Source: Saprospiraceae bacterium (GTDB lineage: Bacteria > Bacteroidota > Bacteroidia > Chitinophagales > Saprospiraceae). Taken from it: DNA of 64,000 bases. Below, piece after piece: positions 49,176-60,709 of the stretch. Under the pieces are notes generated by a model that was given only the letters and a program-made list of their open reading frames with translations, did no database searches and was not told where the DNA came from. A program made the translations under genes and the position numbers. The stretch is from assembly GCA_029212405.1 (NCBI GenBank), contig JARGNR010000005.1:2621-66620 (forward strand), written 5' to 3'. Position 1 is the first letter of the stretch. Each line of letters starts with the position of its first letter.

Positions 49176-49790
49176 TTACTTAGAGTATAATTCAACAATC
49201 AATTGTTCATTGATCTTCTCTGGAATTTTATCTCTTTCTGGATAAGCTAAGAATTTGCCTTCCATCCTTTCTGGATTCCATTCTAGCCAGCCCCAATTTC
49301 TAACATCTGATTTAGATTTAATTGAGTTGTCTATTACGTCCAGACTTCTACTTTTTCCTCTAATGGAAACTACATCACCAGGTCTTAATAACATGGATGG
49401 TACATTTGTAACCACCCCATTAACCATGATGTGTTTGTGAGAAACTAGCTGTCTTGCGCCTCTTCTAGTAGGTGCAATTCCTAATCTGAAAACAGTATTA
49501 TCAAGTCTTCCTTCTAGATACTGCAACAATATTTCACCTGTTACACCACTCTTTCTACTTGCTTTCTCAAATAGGTTTCTAAATTGACGCTCCAACATTC
49601 CGTATGTGTACTTAGCTTTTTGCTTTTCCATCAACTGTAATGCATAATCAGACTTTTGACGTCTTCTCTTATTTCCACCACCGTGTTGACCCGGAGCATA
49701 TTTTCTTCTTTCAAATGCTTTGTCAGCACCGAATATAGCCTCGCCTAACGCTCTTGCTTTCTTAGTTCTTGGTCCAGTATATCTTGCCAT
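49176..49790 (-). CDS. rpsD: 30S ribosomal protein S4
   Basis: [16 protein letters not shown]...; operon position. Confidence 0.95.
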   Translation of the reverse strand: MARYTGPRTKKARALGEAIFGADKAFERRKYAPGQHGGGNKRRRQKSDYALQLMEKQKAKYTYGMLERQFRNLFEKASRKSGVTGEILLQYLEGRLDNTVFRLGIAPTRRGARQLVSHKHIMVNGVVTNVPSMLLRPGDVVSIRGKSRSLDVIDNSIKSKSDVRNWGWLEWNPERMEGKFLAYPERDKIPEKINEQLIVELYSK

Positions 49791-49823
49791 TAAACTTTTA
49801 TTTTATCAGTTATAAAACTGAAA

Positions 49824-50210
49824 TTAAACTCTTCTTTTCTTAGGAGGTCTGCACCCGTTATGCGGGATAGGAGTTACATCCTTAATTTTTGTGATCTTAA
49901 TACCTGAGCCATCAATTGCTCTAATTGCAGCTTCTCTTCCTGATCCAGGACCCTTAACATACACCTCTGCACTTCTCATTCCCGCATCATATGCAACACC
50001 AGCTGCATCATTCGCTGCAATCTGCGCAGCGTAAGGTGTATTTTTCTTTGACCCTCTAAACCCAGCTTTACCAGCAGAAGACCAACTAATAACTTGCCCT
50101 TGTTTATTAGTTAAAGAAATGATGATGTTGTTGAAACTTGCTTGGATATAAACGATCCCCTTAGAATCAACTTTTACATTTCTTTTTTTAACTTTTTTTC
50201 CTTTAGCCAT
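49824..50210 (-). CDS. rpsK: 30S ribosomal protein S11
   Basis: ...[16 protein letters not shown]...[13 protein letters not shown]. Confidence 0.95.
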   Translation of the reverse strand: MAKGKKVKKRNVKVDSKGIVYIQASFNNIIISLTNKQGQVISWSSAGKAGFRGSKKNTPYAAQIAANDAAGVAYDAGMRSAEVYVKGPGSGREAAIRAIDGSGIKITKIKDVTPIPHNGCRPPKKRRV

Positions 50211-50232
50211 AATACGAACTAATTACGATTTA

Positions 50233-50610
50233 TTATTTAGTTGCCTTCTTCTTGTTAGCAACAGTCTTTTTCTTACCCTTTCTGGTTCTAGCGTTAGTTT
50301 GAGTTCTTTGCCCTCTCAATGGCAATCCTTTCCTGTGACGAAGTCCTCTATAACAAGCAATGTCCATCAATCTCTTAATGTTCATTTGTACCTCAGTTCT
50401 TAATTCACCCTCAACTAAGTATTGATTTTGAACTAATCCTGAAATAACTTTAATGTTTTCATCCGACCATTCCCTAACTTTCGTTTCTTCAGAAATGTCT
50501 GCCTTTTCCAGAATTTCTTCTGCTCTAGAACGACCTATACCATAGATATATGTTAGACCGATGACTCCTCTCTTATTTTTTGGTAAATCTACCCCAGCAA
50601 TTCTTGCCAT
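50233..50610 (-). CDS. rpsM: 30S ribosomal protein S13
   Basis: [14 protein letters not shown]... Confidence 0.95.
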   Translation of the reverse strand: MARIAGVDLPKNKRGVIGLTYIYGIGRSRAEEILEKADISEETKVREWSDENIKVISGLVQNQYLVEGELRTEVQMNIKRLMDIACYRGLRHRKGLPLRGQRTQTNARTRKGKKKTVANKKKATK

Positions 50611-50629
50611 GCTATTATACTTTAGATTA

Positions 50630-50746
50630 TTATCCTTGTCTTTGCTTAAATCTTGGATTCTTTTTGTTAATCACATAAAGTCTCCCTTTTCTTCTTACAA
50701 TCTTACAATCAACTGATCGCTTTTTAATTGATGCTCTTACTTTCAT
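50630..50746 (-). CDS. rpmJ: 50S ribosomal protein L36
   Basis: Hand translation gives [38 protein letters not shown] (38 aa). Not in the ORF track because it is shorter than 60 aa. Confidence 0.9.
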   Translation of the reverse strand: MKVRASIKKRSVDCKIVRRKGRLYVINKKNPRFKQRQG

Positions 50747-50771
50747 AATATATATTTTTCCCTCTTAGAGG

Positions 50772-50990
50772 TTATTTATATCTATACGTTATTCTTCCTC
50801 TTGATAAATCATATGGAGACATTTCAACAGCTACTTTATCTCCTGGTAAAATTCGAATGTAGTTCATTCTCATCTTTCCTGAAATGGTTGCCACAATCAA
50901 GTGATCATTCTCTAGACGTACTCTAAACATCGCATTTGACAATGCTTCATCTATGATTCCATCCTGTTTTATTAAGTCCTGTTTAGCCAT
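50772..50990 (-). CDS. infA: translation initiation factor IF-1
   Basis: 72 aa. ...[32 protein letters not shown]... Confidence 0.95.
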   Translation of the reverse strand: MAKQDLIKQDGIIDEALSNAMFRVRLENDHLIVATISGKMRMNYIRILPGDKVAVEMSPYDLSRGRITYRYK

Positions 50991-51014
50991 ATTATTTTTT
51001 CGGAGTGCAAATAT

Positions 51015-51824
51015 CTAATTTTTTATTGAAATATCACTAAGAAAATCATTATTTTTAATAGCTTCCTCAATAATTGTATGATTTGACAATATATCAGCTC
51101 CTCCTTTTTTAACTGCAATGGTATGTTCATAATGTGCTGAAGGCTTTTTGTCTCCAGTCAGAATGGTCCACCCATCTCTATTAATCTTTACTTTTCTTGT
51201 CCCCAAATTTACCATCGGCTCAATCGCTATTACTAATCCCTCTTTCAGTTGAATCCCATTCCCTCTTCTTCCAAAATTTGGAACTTCAGGGGCTTCGTGA
51301 AGATTCTTTCCTAATCCGTGACCTACTAGCTCTCGTACGACACCGTATTTGTGTTCTTTTTCCGTAAAGGATTGGACCGCATATCCGATGTCACCAATTC
51401 GATTTCCCGGCATCGCCGAGTCTATGGCTTTATATAGCGACTCTTTAGTCACCACAAGAAGTTTCATAACTTCTAAATCAATATCTTTGAATGCAAATGT
51501 ATATGCTGCATCCCCATAATACCCGTGATTGTATACTCCACAATCTATTGATACTATATCTGTTTCTTTAAATTCGTAATTGGAAGGTATTCCATGTACG
51601 ACTTGTTCGTTAATAGAAATACATAATGTCGCTGGAAATCCTTTATATCCTTTGAATCCTGGCTCTGCTCCATGATCACGAATCAACTCCTCCGCCTTCT
51701 TATCAATCTCCAAACCTGTTATGCCAGGTCTTAACAACTCACCTGCAAGAGAAAGCGTCTCACATACAAGTAAACAGTTTTCTCTAATTAATTCAATTTC
51801 CTCTGCTGACTTGTACAAGATCAT
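51015..51824 (-). CDS. map: type I methionine aminopeptidase
   Basis: 269 aa. Metal ligands lie in DIVSIDCGV, GYYGDAA, GHGLG, AIEP and YEHT. Confidence 0.9.
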   Translation of the reverse strand: MILYKSAEEIELIRENCLLVCETLSLAGELLRPGITGLEIDKKAEELIRDHGAEPGFKGYKGFPATLCISINEQVVHGIPSNYEFKETDIVSIDCGVYNHGYYGDAAYTFAFKDIDLEVMKLLVVTKESLYKAIDSAMPGNRIGDIGYAVQSFTEKEHKYGVVRELVGHGLGKNLHEAPEVPNFGRRGNGIQLKEGLVIAIEPMVNLGTRKVKINRDGWTILTGDKKPSAHYEHTIAVKKGGADILSNHTIIEEAIKNNDFLSDISIKN

Positions 51825-51829
51825 ATGTA

Positions 51830-53194
51830 CTAAAAGCTTGCTCCGATTTGTTGCATTCCGCTTCTTCCCTTCAATCTACCTGACTTCACTAATCCGTCGT
51901 ACTTTCTCATCAACAAGTAACTTTCAATCTGTTGCAATGTATCCAATACAACACCAACAAGAATCAATAAAGATGTACCTCCAAAGAACAATGCAAATGC
52001 ATCATTCACACCAAACTTGGCAATAAATGCTGGAAGGATGGATATCAAGCCTAAGAAAACAGATCCTGGCAATGTAATCCTTGTTGTTAATGTATCTATA
52101 TAATCCTGCGTTTGACTACCTGGCTTAATACCCGGTATAAACGAATTTTGTCTCTTTAAATATTCAGCATACTGCTGAGGATTTACCAGCAATGCAGTAT
52201 ACACATATGTAAATATTACAACTAGTAAGAAAAATACAATGTTGTAAGGAATAGATTTCCAATCATTAAGTGATTGTAAAAATGCACTATTATTTACTGC
52301 ATCTTCACTAAAGAAACCTACTAGTGTTACTGGTAAAAACATTATCGCTTGCGCAAAGATAATTGGCATTACACCCGCTGCATTCACTTTTAAAGGAATG
52401 TAATCTCTTGCACCTGCCATAGGTAAGTCACCTCCTGATCTTCCGACCATTCTTTTAGCAAATTGAATTGGTATTCTTCGCACACCTTGCACGATTAATA
52501 TGGTAATCAATACCACAAAGAAGAATGCCGCAAATTCTAATATCAATACTAAAGGACCATTTTTACTTAATTGAGCAGAAATCTCAGCCACAAAAGCAGC
52601 AGGTAATGATGCTATAATACCAATCATGATCAAAAGAGAAATACCATTACCGATACCTTTATCCGTAATTTTCTCACCTAACCACATCGCAAAAATAGTA
52701 CCCGTTGATAAAATAATAATATTACCAAACCAGAATACCCCAGGGTTAACACTTGAAGATACTCCTCCCATTTGATTCAAATAAGCAAGGTATCCCCCTC
52801 CTTGGACAAGAGTGATAAAAACAGTTAAGATTCTAGTTATTTGAGTGATCTTCTTTCTACCTGATTCACCCTCTTTTTGTTGTAATCTTTGAAAATATGG
52901 CACCGCAAATCCCAATAATTGGATAATAATCGATGCCGTGATGTAAGGCATGATACCTAATGCAAAGACAGCCCCTTTATTAAAGGCACCCCCTGTGAAT
53001 ATATTTATCAAACCAAGTAGTCCTTGTCCTGAACCTCCTTGAGTAGCAGCATCCAATGCCGCTGGATCTACCCCTGGAAGTACAATAAAAGACCCAAGTC
53101 TATATACAGCTAAAATTAAAAGAGTGAAGAGAATTCTATCTCTTAACTCTACAATATTCCATATATTCTTTAATGTTTCTATGAACTTGTTCAT
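51830..53194 (-). CDS. secY: preprotein translocase subunit SecY
   Basis: 454 aa, ten TM helices. FALGIMPYITASII motif. Confidence 0.95.
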   Translation of the reverse strand: MNKFIETLKNIWNIVELRDRILFTLLILAVYRLGSFIVLPGVDPAALDAATQGGSGQGLLGLINIFTGGAFNKGAVFALGIMPYITASIIIQLLGFAVPYFQRLQQKEGESGRKKITQITRILTVFITLVQGGGYLAYLNQMGGVSSSVNPGVFWFGNIIILSTGTIFAMWLGEKITDKGIGNGISLLIMIGIIASLPAAFVAEISAQLSKNGPLVLILEFAAFFFVVLITILIVQGVRRIPIQFAKRMVGRSGGDLPMAGARDYIPLKVNAAGVMPIIFAQAIMFLPVTLVGFFSEDAVNNSAFLQSLNDWKSIPYNIVFFLLVVIFTYVYTALLVNPQQYAEYLKRQNSFIPGIKPGSQTQDYIDTLTTRITLPGSVFLGLISILPAFIAKFGVNDAFALFFGGTSLLILVGVVLDTLQQIESYLLMRKYDGLVKSGRLKGRSGMQQIGASF

Positions 53195-53202
53195 GTTATT
53201 TC

Positions 53203-53649
53203 TTAGTCTATATTAACAGATCCTCCTGCAGCTTCAATTTTTGCTTTTGCACTATTTGATATAGCACTGGTAGATATATTCAATTTTGCAGTAATATCTC
53301 CATTACCCAAAACTTTTACCTTATCCGTCTTCTTTACAATTCTAGCTTCTGCAAGACTTGCATCACTGATATCAGTAAGGTTAAACTTTTCTGAGATTTC
53401 TTGTAGTCTAGATACATTAATACCAACATAATCTACTCTGTTGATATTTTTGAAACCTCTCTTAGGAAGTCTCATCTGTAATGGCATTTGACCACCTTCG
53501 AATGCTCTCTTACTACTATATCCAGATCTAGATTTAGCACCTTTATGCCCTCTAGTGGACGTACCACCAGTTCCAGCACCTTGTCCTCTACCTACTCTTT
53601 TTTCTGACTTTACTGCCCCTTTGGCAGGTCTTAGATTTTGAAGTTCCAT
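53203..53649 (-). CDS. rplO: 50S ribosomal protein L15
   Basis: LRPAKGAVKSEKRVGRGQGAGTGGTSTRGHKG. Confidence 0.95.
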   Translation of the reverse strand: MELQNLRPAKGAVKSEKRVGRGQGAGTGGTSTRGHKGAKSRSGYSSKRAFEGGQMPLQMRLPKRGFKNINRVDYVGINVSRLQEISEKFNLTDISDASLAEARIVKKTDKVKVLGNGDITAKLNISTSAISNSAKAKIEAAGGSVNID

Positions 53650-53670
53650 AGTTTATACGATTCTTAGAGG

Positions 53671-53850
53671 TTATGCCTCTTCTATGATTACTAAATGTTT
53701 CACTTTTGTTAGCATTCCTACAATCTGAGGAGTTGCATCCTTCACTACAGTTTGGTTCATCTTCTTTAAACCAAGTGCAATCATTGTATCCTTTTGCTTC
53801 TTTGATCTATCGATCACACTCTTAACTTGAGTTACTTTTAATTTTCTCAT
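53671..53850 (-). CDS. rpmD: 50S ribosomal protein L30
   Basis: Hand translation gives MRKLKVTQVKSVIDRSKKQKDTMIALGLKKMNQTVVKDATPQIVGMLTKVKHLVIIEEA (59 aa). Missed by the ORF track. Confidence 0.9.
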   Translation of the reverse strand: MRKLKVTQVKSVIDRSKKQKDTMIALGLKKMNQTVVKDATPQIVGMLTKVKHLVIIEEA

Positions 53851-53865
53851 GGTCTGTTATATTGA

Positions 53866-54381
53866 CTATCCTTCAAAAAGTTTATTCAATGAGATACCTC
53901 TTTCTTTCGCTATTTCCAACGGACTTCTTAGTCTTCGTAATGCATCTACAGTTGCTTTAACAACATTATGTGGATTAGAAGAACCTTGAGACTTTGCAAG
54001 TACATTGTGTACTCCAGCAATCTCTAACACAGCTCTCATTGCACCACCTGCAATTACCCCTGTACCATCAGCAGCTGGTTTAATAAGCACCTTACCAGCA
54101 CCATACTTTCCTTTTTGCTCATGAGGAATTGTCCCATTATAAATAGGAACTTTTACCAAATTCTTTTTCGCTTCATCAGCTGCTTTAGAAATTGATTCTG
54201 ATACATCTCTAGCTTTTCCTAGACCATGACCAACAGTTCCATTTCCATCACCAACTACTACTAAAGCTGAAAAACTAAATGTTCTACCCCCTTTTGTTAC
54301 TTTCGCAACTCTACTAAGGTTAACAAGCTTTTCCTTTAATTCGGTATCAGCCGCTTTTACTCTATCAGTATTTTTTGCCAT
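53866..54381 (-). CDS. rpsE: 30S ribosomal protein S5
   Basis: ...[26 protein letters not shown]... Confidence 0.95.
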   Translation of the reverse strand: MAKNTDRVKAADTELKEKLVNLSRVAKVTKGGRTFSFSALVVVGDGNGTVGHGLGKARDVSESISKAADEAKKNLVKVPIYNGTIPHEQKGKYGAGKVLIKPAADGTGVIAGGAMRAVLEIAGVHNVLAKSQGSSNPHNVVKATVDALRRLRSPLEIAKERGISLNKLFEG

Positions 54382-54392
54382 TACTTACTTTT

Positions 54393-54737
54393 TTAAAAAT
54401 TTAGACCAGCTTCTCTGGCTCCATCAGCCAATGATTTAACTCTACCATGATAAAGGTATCCCCCTCTATCAAATTTTATCGCTTCAATTCCCAAGGACTT
54501 TGCTCTGTCGCCGATTAATCCACCGACTCTCTTGGAAACTTCAGATTTTGAACCCTCGCCAGAAACATCTTTTGAAGATGCACTCGCTAAAGTAACTCCA
54601 TTGACATCATCTATCAATTGACAAGCAATAGCTTTATTACTTCTAAATACTGCAAGTCTAGGTGTAGTAGGTGTTCCACTAATCTTATTCCTAATTCTCT
54701 TGTGTATTCTTTGTCTACTTTGTACTTTAGAAATCAT
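54393..54737 (-). CDS. rplR: 50S ribosomal protein L18
   Basis: ...[19 protein letters not shown]... Confidence 0.95.
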   Translation of the reverse strand: MISKVQSRQRIHKRIRNKISGTPTTPRLAVFRSNKAIACQLIDDVNGVTLASASSKDVSGEGSKSEVSKRVGGLIGDRAKSLGIEAIKFDRGGYLYHGRVKSLADGAREAGLNF

Positions 54738-54763
54738 TCCTGATGTATTTTTATATACACTAA

Positions 54764-55318
54764 TTATTTAGCAGCTGTCTTACCAGCTTTTCTTCTAATT
54801 TGTTCTCCTTTAAATCTAATTCCTTTCCCTTTATATGGCTCTGGACTTCTAAAGGCTCTAATTTTGGCAGCAACTTGACCTATCAACTGCTTGTCTATTC
54901 CTGTAAGAATTACAGTTGGAGGTGTTCCTTTCTCCATTTTTGTTTCCAATTTCAATTCACTAGGTATAGCGAAATAAATTGGGTGTGAATATCCCAGGGT
55001 AAGTTCTAGTAAATTACCAGTGCTTGCAGCTCTATAACCTACACCGATCAATTCCATTTCCTTTGTATACCCATCAGTCACTCCAGTCACCATATTAGCG
55101 ATAAGAGTTCTGTATAGTCCATGTACAGATCTATGTCTTATTTGATCTGTTGGTCTTGTCAACACCCCTTCGCCATCCTTTAATTCGAATGTTAAATCTG
55201 CATCTATTACCTGAGACAACTCGCCCTTTGGTCCTTTTACAGTAACCTTGTTTGACTTATCTACAGTAATTGTAACTCCAGCCGGTATTGATATTGGTGA
55301 TTTACCTATTCTTGACAT
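54764..55318 (-). CDS. rplF: 50S ribosomal protein L6
   Basis: [19 protein letters not shown]... Confidence 0.95.
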   Translation of the reverse strand: MSRIGKSPISIPAGVTITVDKSNKVTVKGPKGELSQVIDADLTFELKDGEGVLTRPTDQIRHRSVHGLYRTLIANMVTGVTDGYTKEMELIGVGYRAASTGNLLELTLGYSHPIYFAIPSELKLETKMEKGTPPTVILTGIDKQLIGQVAAKIRAFRSPEPYKGKGIRFKGEQIRRKAGKTAAK

Positions 55319-55339
55319 GGTATTCTTTTTAAATTCTTA

Positions 55340-55744
55340 TTAGTATACGTAGCAAACTAATTCGCCACCTACATTTGCATTTCTTGCTTGCTTATCAGTT
55401 AATAAACCCTTTGACGTAGATACAATTGCAATCCCTAAACCATTAATGATTCTTGGAATCTCATTTGCCGGTGAATATTTTCTTAAACCAGGCTTACTAA
55501 TTCTACCTAACTTCTTAATCACAGGTTCTTTTGTCACTGGATCATACTTGATCGCAATTCGTATAACTCCGCCTATCCCTTCTTCATTGTCGAATTTATA
55601 CTTAAGGATGTATCCTTGATCGTATAAAATTTCAGTTATTCCCTTCTTCATCTTAGATGCAGGAATCACAACGGTTCTGTGACCAGCCTTCTGTGCATTT
55701 CTTAATCTTGTAAGATAATCTGCTATTGGATCAGTAGTTATCAT
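55340..55744 (-). CDS. rpsH: 30S ribosomal protein S8
   Basis: ...DPIADYLTRLRNAQKAGH... Confidence 0.95.
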   Translation of the reverse strand: MITTDPIADYLTRLRNAQKAGHRTVVIPASKMKKGITEILYDQGYILKYKFDNEEGIGGVIRIAIKYDPVTKEPVIKKLGRISKPGLRKYSPANEIPRIINGLGIAIVSTSKGLLTDKQARNANVGGELVCYVY

Positions 55745-55767
55745 AAATCTTCTTTTCTATTTATTTG

Positions 55768-56037
55768 TTACCAGCTCGCCTTTGTTATTCCAGGAATCTT
55801 CCCATCAAGCGCCATTTGTCTAAATGTTACTCTATTTATACCAAATTTTCTCATATATCCTTTCGGCCTCCCAGTTAAAAGACATCTATTGTGAAGTCTT
55901 ACTGCACTAGAATTTTTTGGTAACTTATCTAATTCATCCCACCTTCCTTCTTTCTTCAACTGAGCTCTTAATTCAGCATATTTTGCAACCATTTTCTGGC
56001 GCTTAACTTCTCTTGCTATTAATGATTTCCTTGCCAT
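55768..56037 (-). CDS. rpsN: 30S ribosomal protein S14 (long, non-zinc type)
   Basis: [20 protein letters not shown]...ITKASW. Confidence 0.95.
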   Translation of the reverse strand: MARKSLIAREVKRQKMVAKYAELRAQLKKEGRWDELDKLPKNSSAVRLHNRCLLTGRPKGYMRKFGINRVTFRQMALDGKIPGITKASW

Positions 56038-56043
56038 CTTGTA

Positions 56044-56601
56044 CTAGTTATTCTGATTTTTAAAAGGCATTCCAAGTTCCTTAAGTAATGCTAAAGCTTC
56101 TGAATCTGTCTTTGCACTCGTTACGAAGCTAATATCCATACCCGTGATCTTGTTCACTTTATCCAACACGATTTCTGGAAAGATGATCTGCTCCTGAATA
56201 CCTAGAGAATAATTTCCTCTTCCATCGAAACTCTTATCATTAATTCCTCTAAAGTCTCTTACCCTTGGTAAAGCAACAGAGATAAGTCTATCTAAAAACT
56301 CGTACATTTTTTCATCTCTCAAAGTCACTCTTGCCGCAATCGGCATTCCTTCTCTTAACTTAAAGTTAGATACGGATTTTCTTGCTTTCACAGGTACTGC
56401 CTTCTGACCAGCAATTAAAGTCATTTCTCCCAGAGCATTATCTACTAGCTTCTTATCTTGTGTTGCACCTCCAACTCCTTGGTTGATACAAATCTTCAAG
56501 AGCTTTGGCACTTGCATTACTGACTTATAAGAGAATTGCTCATTTAATTTTGATACAATCTCCTCCCTGTATTTTGTTTTTAATCTTGGTGTATAACTCA
56601 T
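56044..56601 (-). CDS. rplE: 50S ribosomal protein L5
   Basis: ...[12 protein letters not shown]...; operon position. Confidence 0.95.
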   Translation of the reverse strand: MSYTPRLKTKYREEIVSKLNEQFSYKSVMQVPKLLKICINQGVGGATQDKKLVDNALGEMTLIAGQKAVPVKARKSVSNFKLREGMPIAARVTLRDEKMYEFLDRLISVALPRVRDFRGINDKSFDGRGNYSLGIQEQIIFPEIVLDKVNKITGMDISFVTSAKTDSEALALLKELGMPFKNQNN

Positions 56602-56936
56602 TACTTAATAGTTTCTCCAGATTTTTTAGAATATCTTACACTTTTTCCATCTTCGATTCTGTATCCAAGTCTGGTAGTTTCTCCAGATTTAGGATCAACA
56701 AACATAAGATTAGAAATATCTATTGGCAAGGCAATTTCATTGATACCCCCTGGGTTATCTTGTGTAGGCTTGGTATGCTTCTTAGCAAGATTTACACCCT
56801 CTACAATAGCCTTTCCGTTTTTAGCATGTACCTCAAGTACGTTGCCTTCCGCTCCTTTATTAGAACCAGCAATTACTTTTACTTTATCACCCTTTTTAAT
56901 CTTGTATTTAGGTGCGAATCTTTTACTGTTACTCAT
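56601..56936 (-). CDS. rplX: 50S ribosomal protein L24
   Basis: [25 protein letters not shown] (KOW motif). Confidence 0.95.
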   Translation of the reverse strand: MSNSKRFAPKYKIKKGDKVKVIAGSNKGAEGNVLEVHAKNGKAIVEGVNLAKKHTKPTQDNPGGINEIALPIDISNLMFVDPKSGETTRLGYRIEDGKSVRYSKKSGETIK

Positions 56937-56962
56937 AGTTATTATTGCTAAAAGTTGTTCAA

Positions 56963-57328
56963 TTATAGTACTTCTGGTGCAAGAGAAACAATTTTCATGT
57001 AATCTCTATCACGCAACTCCCTAGCTACAGGCCCAAATATCCTTGTTCCTCTTGGCTCTTCTGAAGCACTTAATAATACTACCGCATTATCGTCGAATCT
57101 AATATACGATCCGTCTTTACGTCTAATTTCCTTTTTAGTCCTGACGATCACAGCTCTTGAAACTGTACCTTTTTTAATACCTCCAGGATTTGCATCTTTT
57201 ACAGTTACCACGATCTGGTCTCCTATGGATGCGTATCTTCTTTTTGACCCACCTAATACTCTTATACAAAGTACTTCTTTGGCACCGCTGTTGTCAGCTA
57301 CTTTGAGTCTTGATTCTTGTTGTATCAT
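56963..57328 (-). CDS. rplN: 50S ribosomal protein L14
   Basis: [27 protein letters not shown]. Confidence 0.95.
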   Translation of the reverse strand: MIQQESRLKVADNSGAKEVLCIRVLGGSKRRYASIGDQIVVTVKDANPGGIKKGTVSRAVIVRTKKEIRRKDGSYIRFDDNAVVLLSASEEPRGTRIFGPVARELRDRDYMKIVSLAPEVL

Positions 57329-57359
57329 TGCTAATAAACTTTATAGCGTTATGAATTAC

Positions 57360-57617
57360 CTATTTAGCTCTATCAATTATTTCAACAAGTCTCCATCTCT
57401 TTCTCTTACTGAGTGGACGAGTCTCCATAATTCTAACTCTATCACCCTCGTTGCACTCATTTTTTTCATCATGAGCAACAAACTTCTTGGACTTCTTTAC
57501 GAACTTTCCATAGATAGGGTGTCTTAATTTTCTTTCAACGAGTACAGTAATAGACTTTTCCATTTTGTTACTGGAAACTATACCGATTCTCTGTTTACGT
57601 AATGCTCTTTCAGTCAT
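57360..57617 (-). CDS. rpsQ: 30S ribosomal protein S17
   Basis: ...[26 protein letters not shown]. Confidence 0.95.
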   Translation of the reverse strand: MTERALRKQRIGIVSSNKMEKSITVLVERKLRHPIYGKFVKKSKKFVAHDEKNECNEGDRVRIMETRPLSKRKRWRLVEIIDRAK

Positions 57618-57646
57618 TGCTAAATTATTTGCAGCCTAAGCCTTAA

Positions 57647-57901
57647 TTATTTTCTTCTTCTTCTAATTTTTGACCGCTTAGCCAATTGTTCAGGTGTCAT
57701 TCCTGCTAGCTCTCTTCTTCTTTGCTCCGTATACAATCTAGCAATATCTTTTTTGACATCCTTTAACTTTAATGGATTATCCAACCCATGTATAGCATGA
57801 TCAAACTTTGCCTTCTTTAACTCTTCTTCAGTAACATTGATCTCATTCGTCAATTCCTCGTCTGAGTAGCCTTGAAGTGTAATAAATTTTTTAGTTGCCA
57901 T
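57647..57901 (-). CDS. rpmC: 50S ribosomal protein L29 (84 aa, with a basic C-terminal extension)
   Basis: Lies between rplP and rpsQ. Helical ...EELTNEINVTEEELKKAKFDHAIHGLDNPLKLKDVKKDIARL... Confidence 0.85.
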   Translation of the reverse strand: MATKKFITLQGYSDEELTNEINVTEEELKKAKFDHAIHGLDNPLKLKDVKKDIARLYTEQRRRELAGMTPEQLAKRSKIRRRRK

Positions 57902-57929
57902 TTTTATATCAACTTTAAATATTTTTCAA

Positions 57930-58346
57930 TTAAGCGAAGTCCCTTCTTACCAAAAATTTAGTCTTGACAGGTAACTTCTGTGCTGCCAATCTCATCGCTT
58001 CTTGAGCAACTTCAACCGGTACACCATCCATTTCAAACATGATCGTTCCAGGCTTGATTGCTGCTACCCAATGGTCAAGAGCTCCTTTACCTTTACCCAT
58101 CCTTACCTCAGCAGGCTTTGATGTGATAGGTTTGTCCGGAAAAATTCTAATCCACACTTTACCCTCTCTCTTCATGTACCTCGTCATCGCAATCCTTGCA
58201 GACTCTATCTGTCTGTTTGTGATGAACTTCTCTTCCATTGACTTCAGCGCAAATGATCCAAAATTTATAGTACTACCTCTATGTGCAATACCTCTAATTC
58301 TTCCTTTCTGCTGCTTTCTGTATTTTGTTCTTTTTGGTTGTAACAT
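57930..58346 (-). CDS. rplP: 50S ribosomal protein L16
   Basis: [16 protein letters not shown]... Confidence 0.95.
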   Translation of the reverse strand: MLQPKRTKYRKQQKGRIRGIAHRGSTINFGSFALKSMEEKFITNRQIESARIAMTRYMKREGKVWIRIFPDKPITSKPAEVRMGKGKGALDHWVAAIKPGTIMFEMDGVPVEVAQEAMRLAAQKLPVKTKFLVRRDFA

Positions 58347-58411
58347 CTTAAAAATGTTTTATTTGCTGCTTTTTTTCAAAAGCCCGGCAAAGGTACGTTT
58401 TTTTGTTCTAA

Positions 58412-59143
58412 TTATCTCCTTCGGTCGTTTCTTCTATCGTTTCTTCGGTCGTTTCTTCTACGATCTCCTCTTCCTCCTTTCTTGTTATCTACCCCAACAT
58501 TTGGCGATAAATCTCTCTTTCCTAACACCTCTCCTTTACAAATCCACACTTTGATTCCAATCTTACCATAAACAGTAAGTGCTTCCTGCAATTTGTAATC
58601 TATATCGGCTCTAAAAGTATGCAATGGAGTTCTTCCATCTTTATACTCTTCACTTCTTGCCATTTCAGCTCCATTCAATCTTCCACTAATTCTCACTTTG
58701 ATTCCTTCAGCACCCGCTCTCATTGTTGACTGAATAGCCATTTTGATCGCTCTTCTATAGTTAATTCTTGATTCAATCTGCTTTGCAATACTCTCTCCAA
58801 CTATCGCTGCATCTAGTTCAGGCTTTCTTATCTCAACAATATTGATCTGGATATCCTTGCTAGTCAGTTTTTTCAACTCCTCTTTGATTCTATCTACTTC
58901 AGAGCCACCTTTACCAATAATTATACCTGGTCTAGATGTATGGATCGTCACTGTAACTCTTTTGAGTGTTCTTTCTATGACAATTCTTGCTATTCCTCCT
59001 TTAGTAATCCTAGCATTAAGATATTTCCTAATCTTCTCGTCTTCGACAACTTTTTCGCCGAAATTTTTGCCGCCATACCAATTAGAATCCCATCCTCGGA
59101 TGATCCCTAATCTATTACCTATTGGATTTGTCTTTTGACCCAT
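58412..59143 (-). CDS. rpsC: 30S ribosomal protein S3 (C-terminal RRND x3 tail)
   Basis: [20 protein letters not shown]...; KH domain. Confidence 0.95.
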   Translation of the reverse strand: MGQKTNPIGNRLGIIRGWDSNWYGGKNFGEKVVEDEKIRKYLNARITKGGIARIVIERTLKRVTVTIHTSRPGIIIGKGGSEVDRIKEELKKLTSKDIQINIVEIRKPELDAAIVGESIAKQIESRINYRRAIKMAIQSTMRAGAEGIKVRISGRLNGAEMARSEEYKDGRTPLHTFRADIDYKLQEALTVYGKIGIKVWICKGEVLGKRDLSPNVGVDNKKGGRGDRRRNDRRNDRRNDRRR

Positions 59144-59153
59144 TTCTTATGAA

Positions 59154-59534
59154 TTATGATTGTTCTTCTGAGTTAGTTCCTTCAATTTCGATCGCATTTT
59201 CCACAACAATTGTTACGTGGTTTTGTCTCTTTCTGATTCTGTGTGCTCTACCGTGTGGGGCAGGTCTGAATCTCTTGAGCATAGTACCCTCATCAACAAA
59301 TGCAGTTTTAATCCTAAGATCGTAATCCTCTGCACTGTAGGCCATATCGCCCTTGTTCTCCCAGTTGTGGATAGCCGCTGTAACGACTTTCTCCAACCAA
59401 GTTGCAGCTTCTTTTTTAGTAAATCTCAAGATGTTTAATGCCTCGTTTACAGATTTTCCTCTGATATTGTCAACTACGATTCTCATCTTTCTAGCCGACA
59501 TTGGACAATTTTTTAACTTTGCAACAGCTTCCAT
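59154..59534 (-). CDS. rplV: 50S ribosomal protein L22
   Basis: ...SARKMRIVVDNIRGKSVNEALNIL... Confidence 0.95.
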   Translation of the reverse strand: MEAVAKLKNCPMSARKMRIVVDNIRGKSVNEALNILRFTKKEAATWLEKVVTAAIHNWENKGDMAYSAEDYDLRIKTAFVDEGTMLKRFRPAPHGRAHRIRKRQNHVTIVVENAIEIEGTNSEEQS

Positions 59535-59565
59535 GCTATTTATTTTTTTAGCTATTAGCTAATTA

Positions 59566-59829
59566 TTATTTCTTACCTCCATGGCCTTTGAATGTTCTCG
59601 TCGGAGAAAATTCGCCAAGTTTATGACCTACCATGTTTTCTGTAACAAAAACTGGTACAAATGTCTTTCCATTGTGGACTGCAATCGTCAATCCTACCAT
59701 CCCTGGAATGATCATTGAAGATCTTGACCAAGTTTTGATAACAGATTTTCTTTCTGATGACTGCGCTTTCTCAACTTTATCTAAAAGTCTATGAAAAACG
59801 TAAGGTCCTTTTTTTACTGATCTAGCCAT
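59566..59829 (-). CDS. rpsS: 30S ribosomal protein S19
   Basis: [11 protein letters not shown]...HNGKTFVPV...GHKLGEF. Confidence 0.95.
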   Translation of the reverse strand: MARSVKKGPYVFHRLLDKVEKAQSSERKSVIKTWSRSSMIIPGMVGLTIAVHNGKTFVPVFVTENMVGHKLGEFSPTRTFKGHGGKK

Positions 59830-59852
59830 TATATTCGATTAATTGCTAATGA

Positions 59853-60680
59853 TTATTTTTTCTTTCTTCTACTAACAATAAGCTTCGTAGAGTACTTTTT
59901 ATTATTTCTAGTTTTCTGTCCTTTTGCCATGACTCCAGTTCTAGATCTTGGATGTCCTCCAGATGATCTACCTTCACCACCACCCATCGGGTGATCAACA
60001 GGGTTCATTGCTACACCTCTTACTCTCGGTCTTCTACCCAACCATCTCTTTCTACCTGCCTTACCTAATACTGTAAGTCCGTGATCCGGATTACTTGTAG
60101 TTCCAATTGTAGCCTTACAAGTAGATAAAATTCTTCTTACTTCTCCTGATGGCAACTTCACGATTACATACTTCCCTTCTCTACTCATCAACGTTCCATA
60201 TGTTCCCGCTGATCTAGCCAGTGCAGCTCCTTTACCAGGAGTCATTTCTATTGCATGGATAGGAGAACCCAATGGCACATCTTTCAAGAACAAAGCATTT
60301 CCCACTTCAGGTGCAGCCTTATCTCCTGATACAACAGTAGAACCTACCATTAATTTATCCGGAGCAACTACATATCTTTTTTCTCCATCTGCATAAACCA
60401 ACAATGCAATGTATGCAGTTCTATTTGGATCATACTCAATAGACTTTACTTTAGCTGGAATCATATCTTTATCCCTCTTAAAATCTATTGTTCTATATCT
60501 TTTCTTGTGCCCACCACCAATTTGTCTCATGGTCATCTTACCCTTGTGGTTTCTACCACCAGTTCTGCTCTTACCACTCGTAAGACTTTTTTCAGGCTTA
60601 TCCGTGGTAACTTCTGCGTACATGTTACCAACTCTGGTTCTTGTACCAGGAGTTATCGGATTATATTTTTTGATTGGCAT
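59853..60680 (-). CDS. rplB: 50S ribosomal protein L2
   Basis: [14 protein letters not shown]...[16 protein letters not shown]. Confidence 0.95.
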   Translation of the reverse strand: MPIKKYNPITPGTRTRVGNMYAEVTTDKPEKSLTSGKSRTGGRNHKGKMTMRQIGGGHKKRYRTIDFKRDKDMIPAKVKSIEYDPNRTAYIALLVYADGEKRYVVAPDKLMVGSTVVSGDKAAPEVGNALFLKDVPLGSPIHAIEMTPGKGAALARSAGTYGTLMSREGKYVIVKLPSGEVRRILSTCKATIGTTSNPDHGLTVLGKAGRKRWLGRRPRVRGVAMNPVDHPMGGGEGRSSGGHPRSRTGVMAKGQKTRNNKKYSTKLIVSRRKKK

Positions 60681-60709
60681 GTCTTTGTCTTTTTTACTTG
60701 ACTAATTCA

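Noticed and set aside
56505-58554. Plus-strand ORFs of 94-171 aa (56505..56951, 56740..57024, 57225..57527, 58039..58554) within the ribosomal operon
   Set aside because: They are antisense to universally conserved ribosomal protein genes. Their hydrophobic, low-complexity translations are typical of reverse-strand artefacts.
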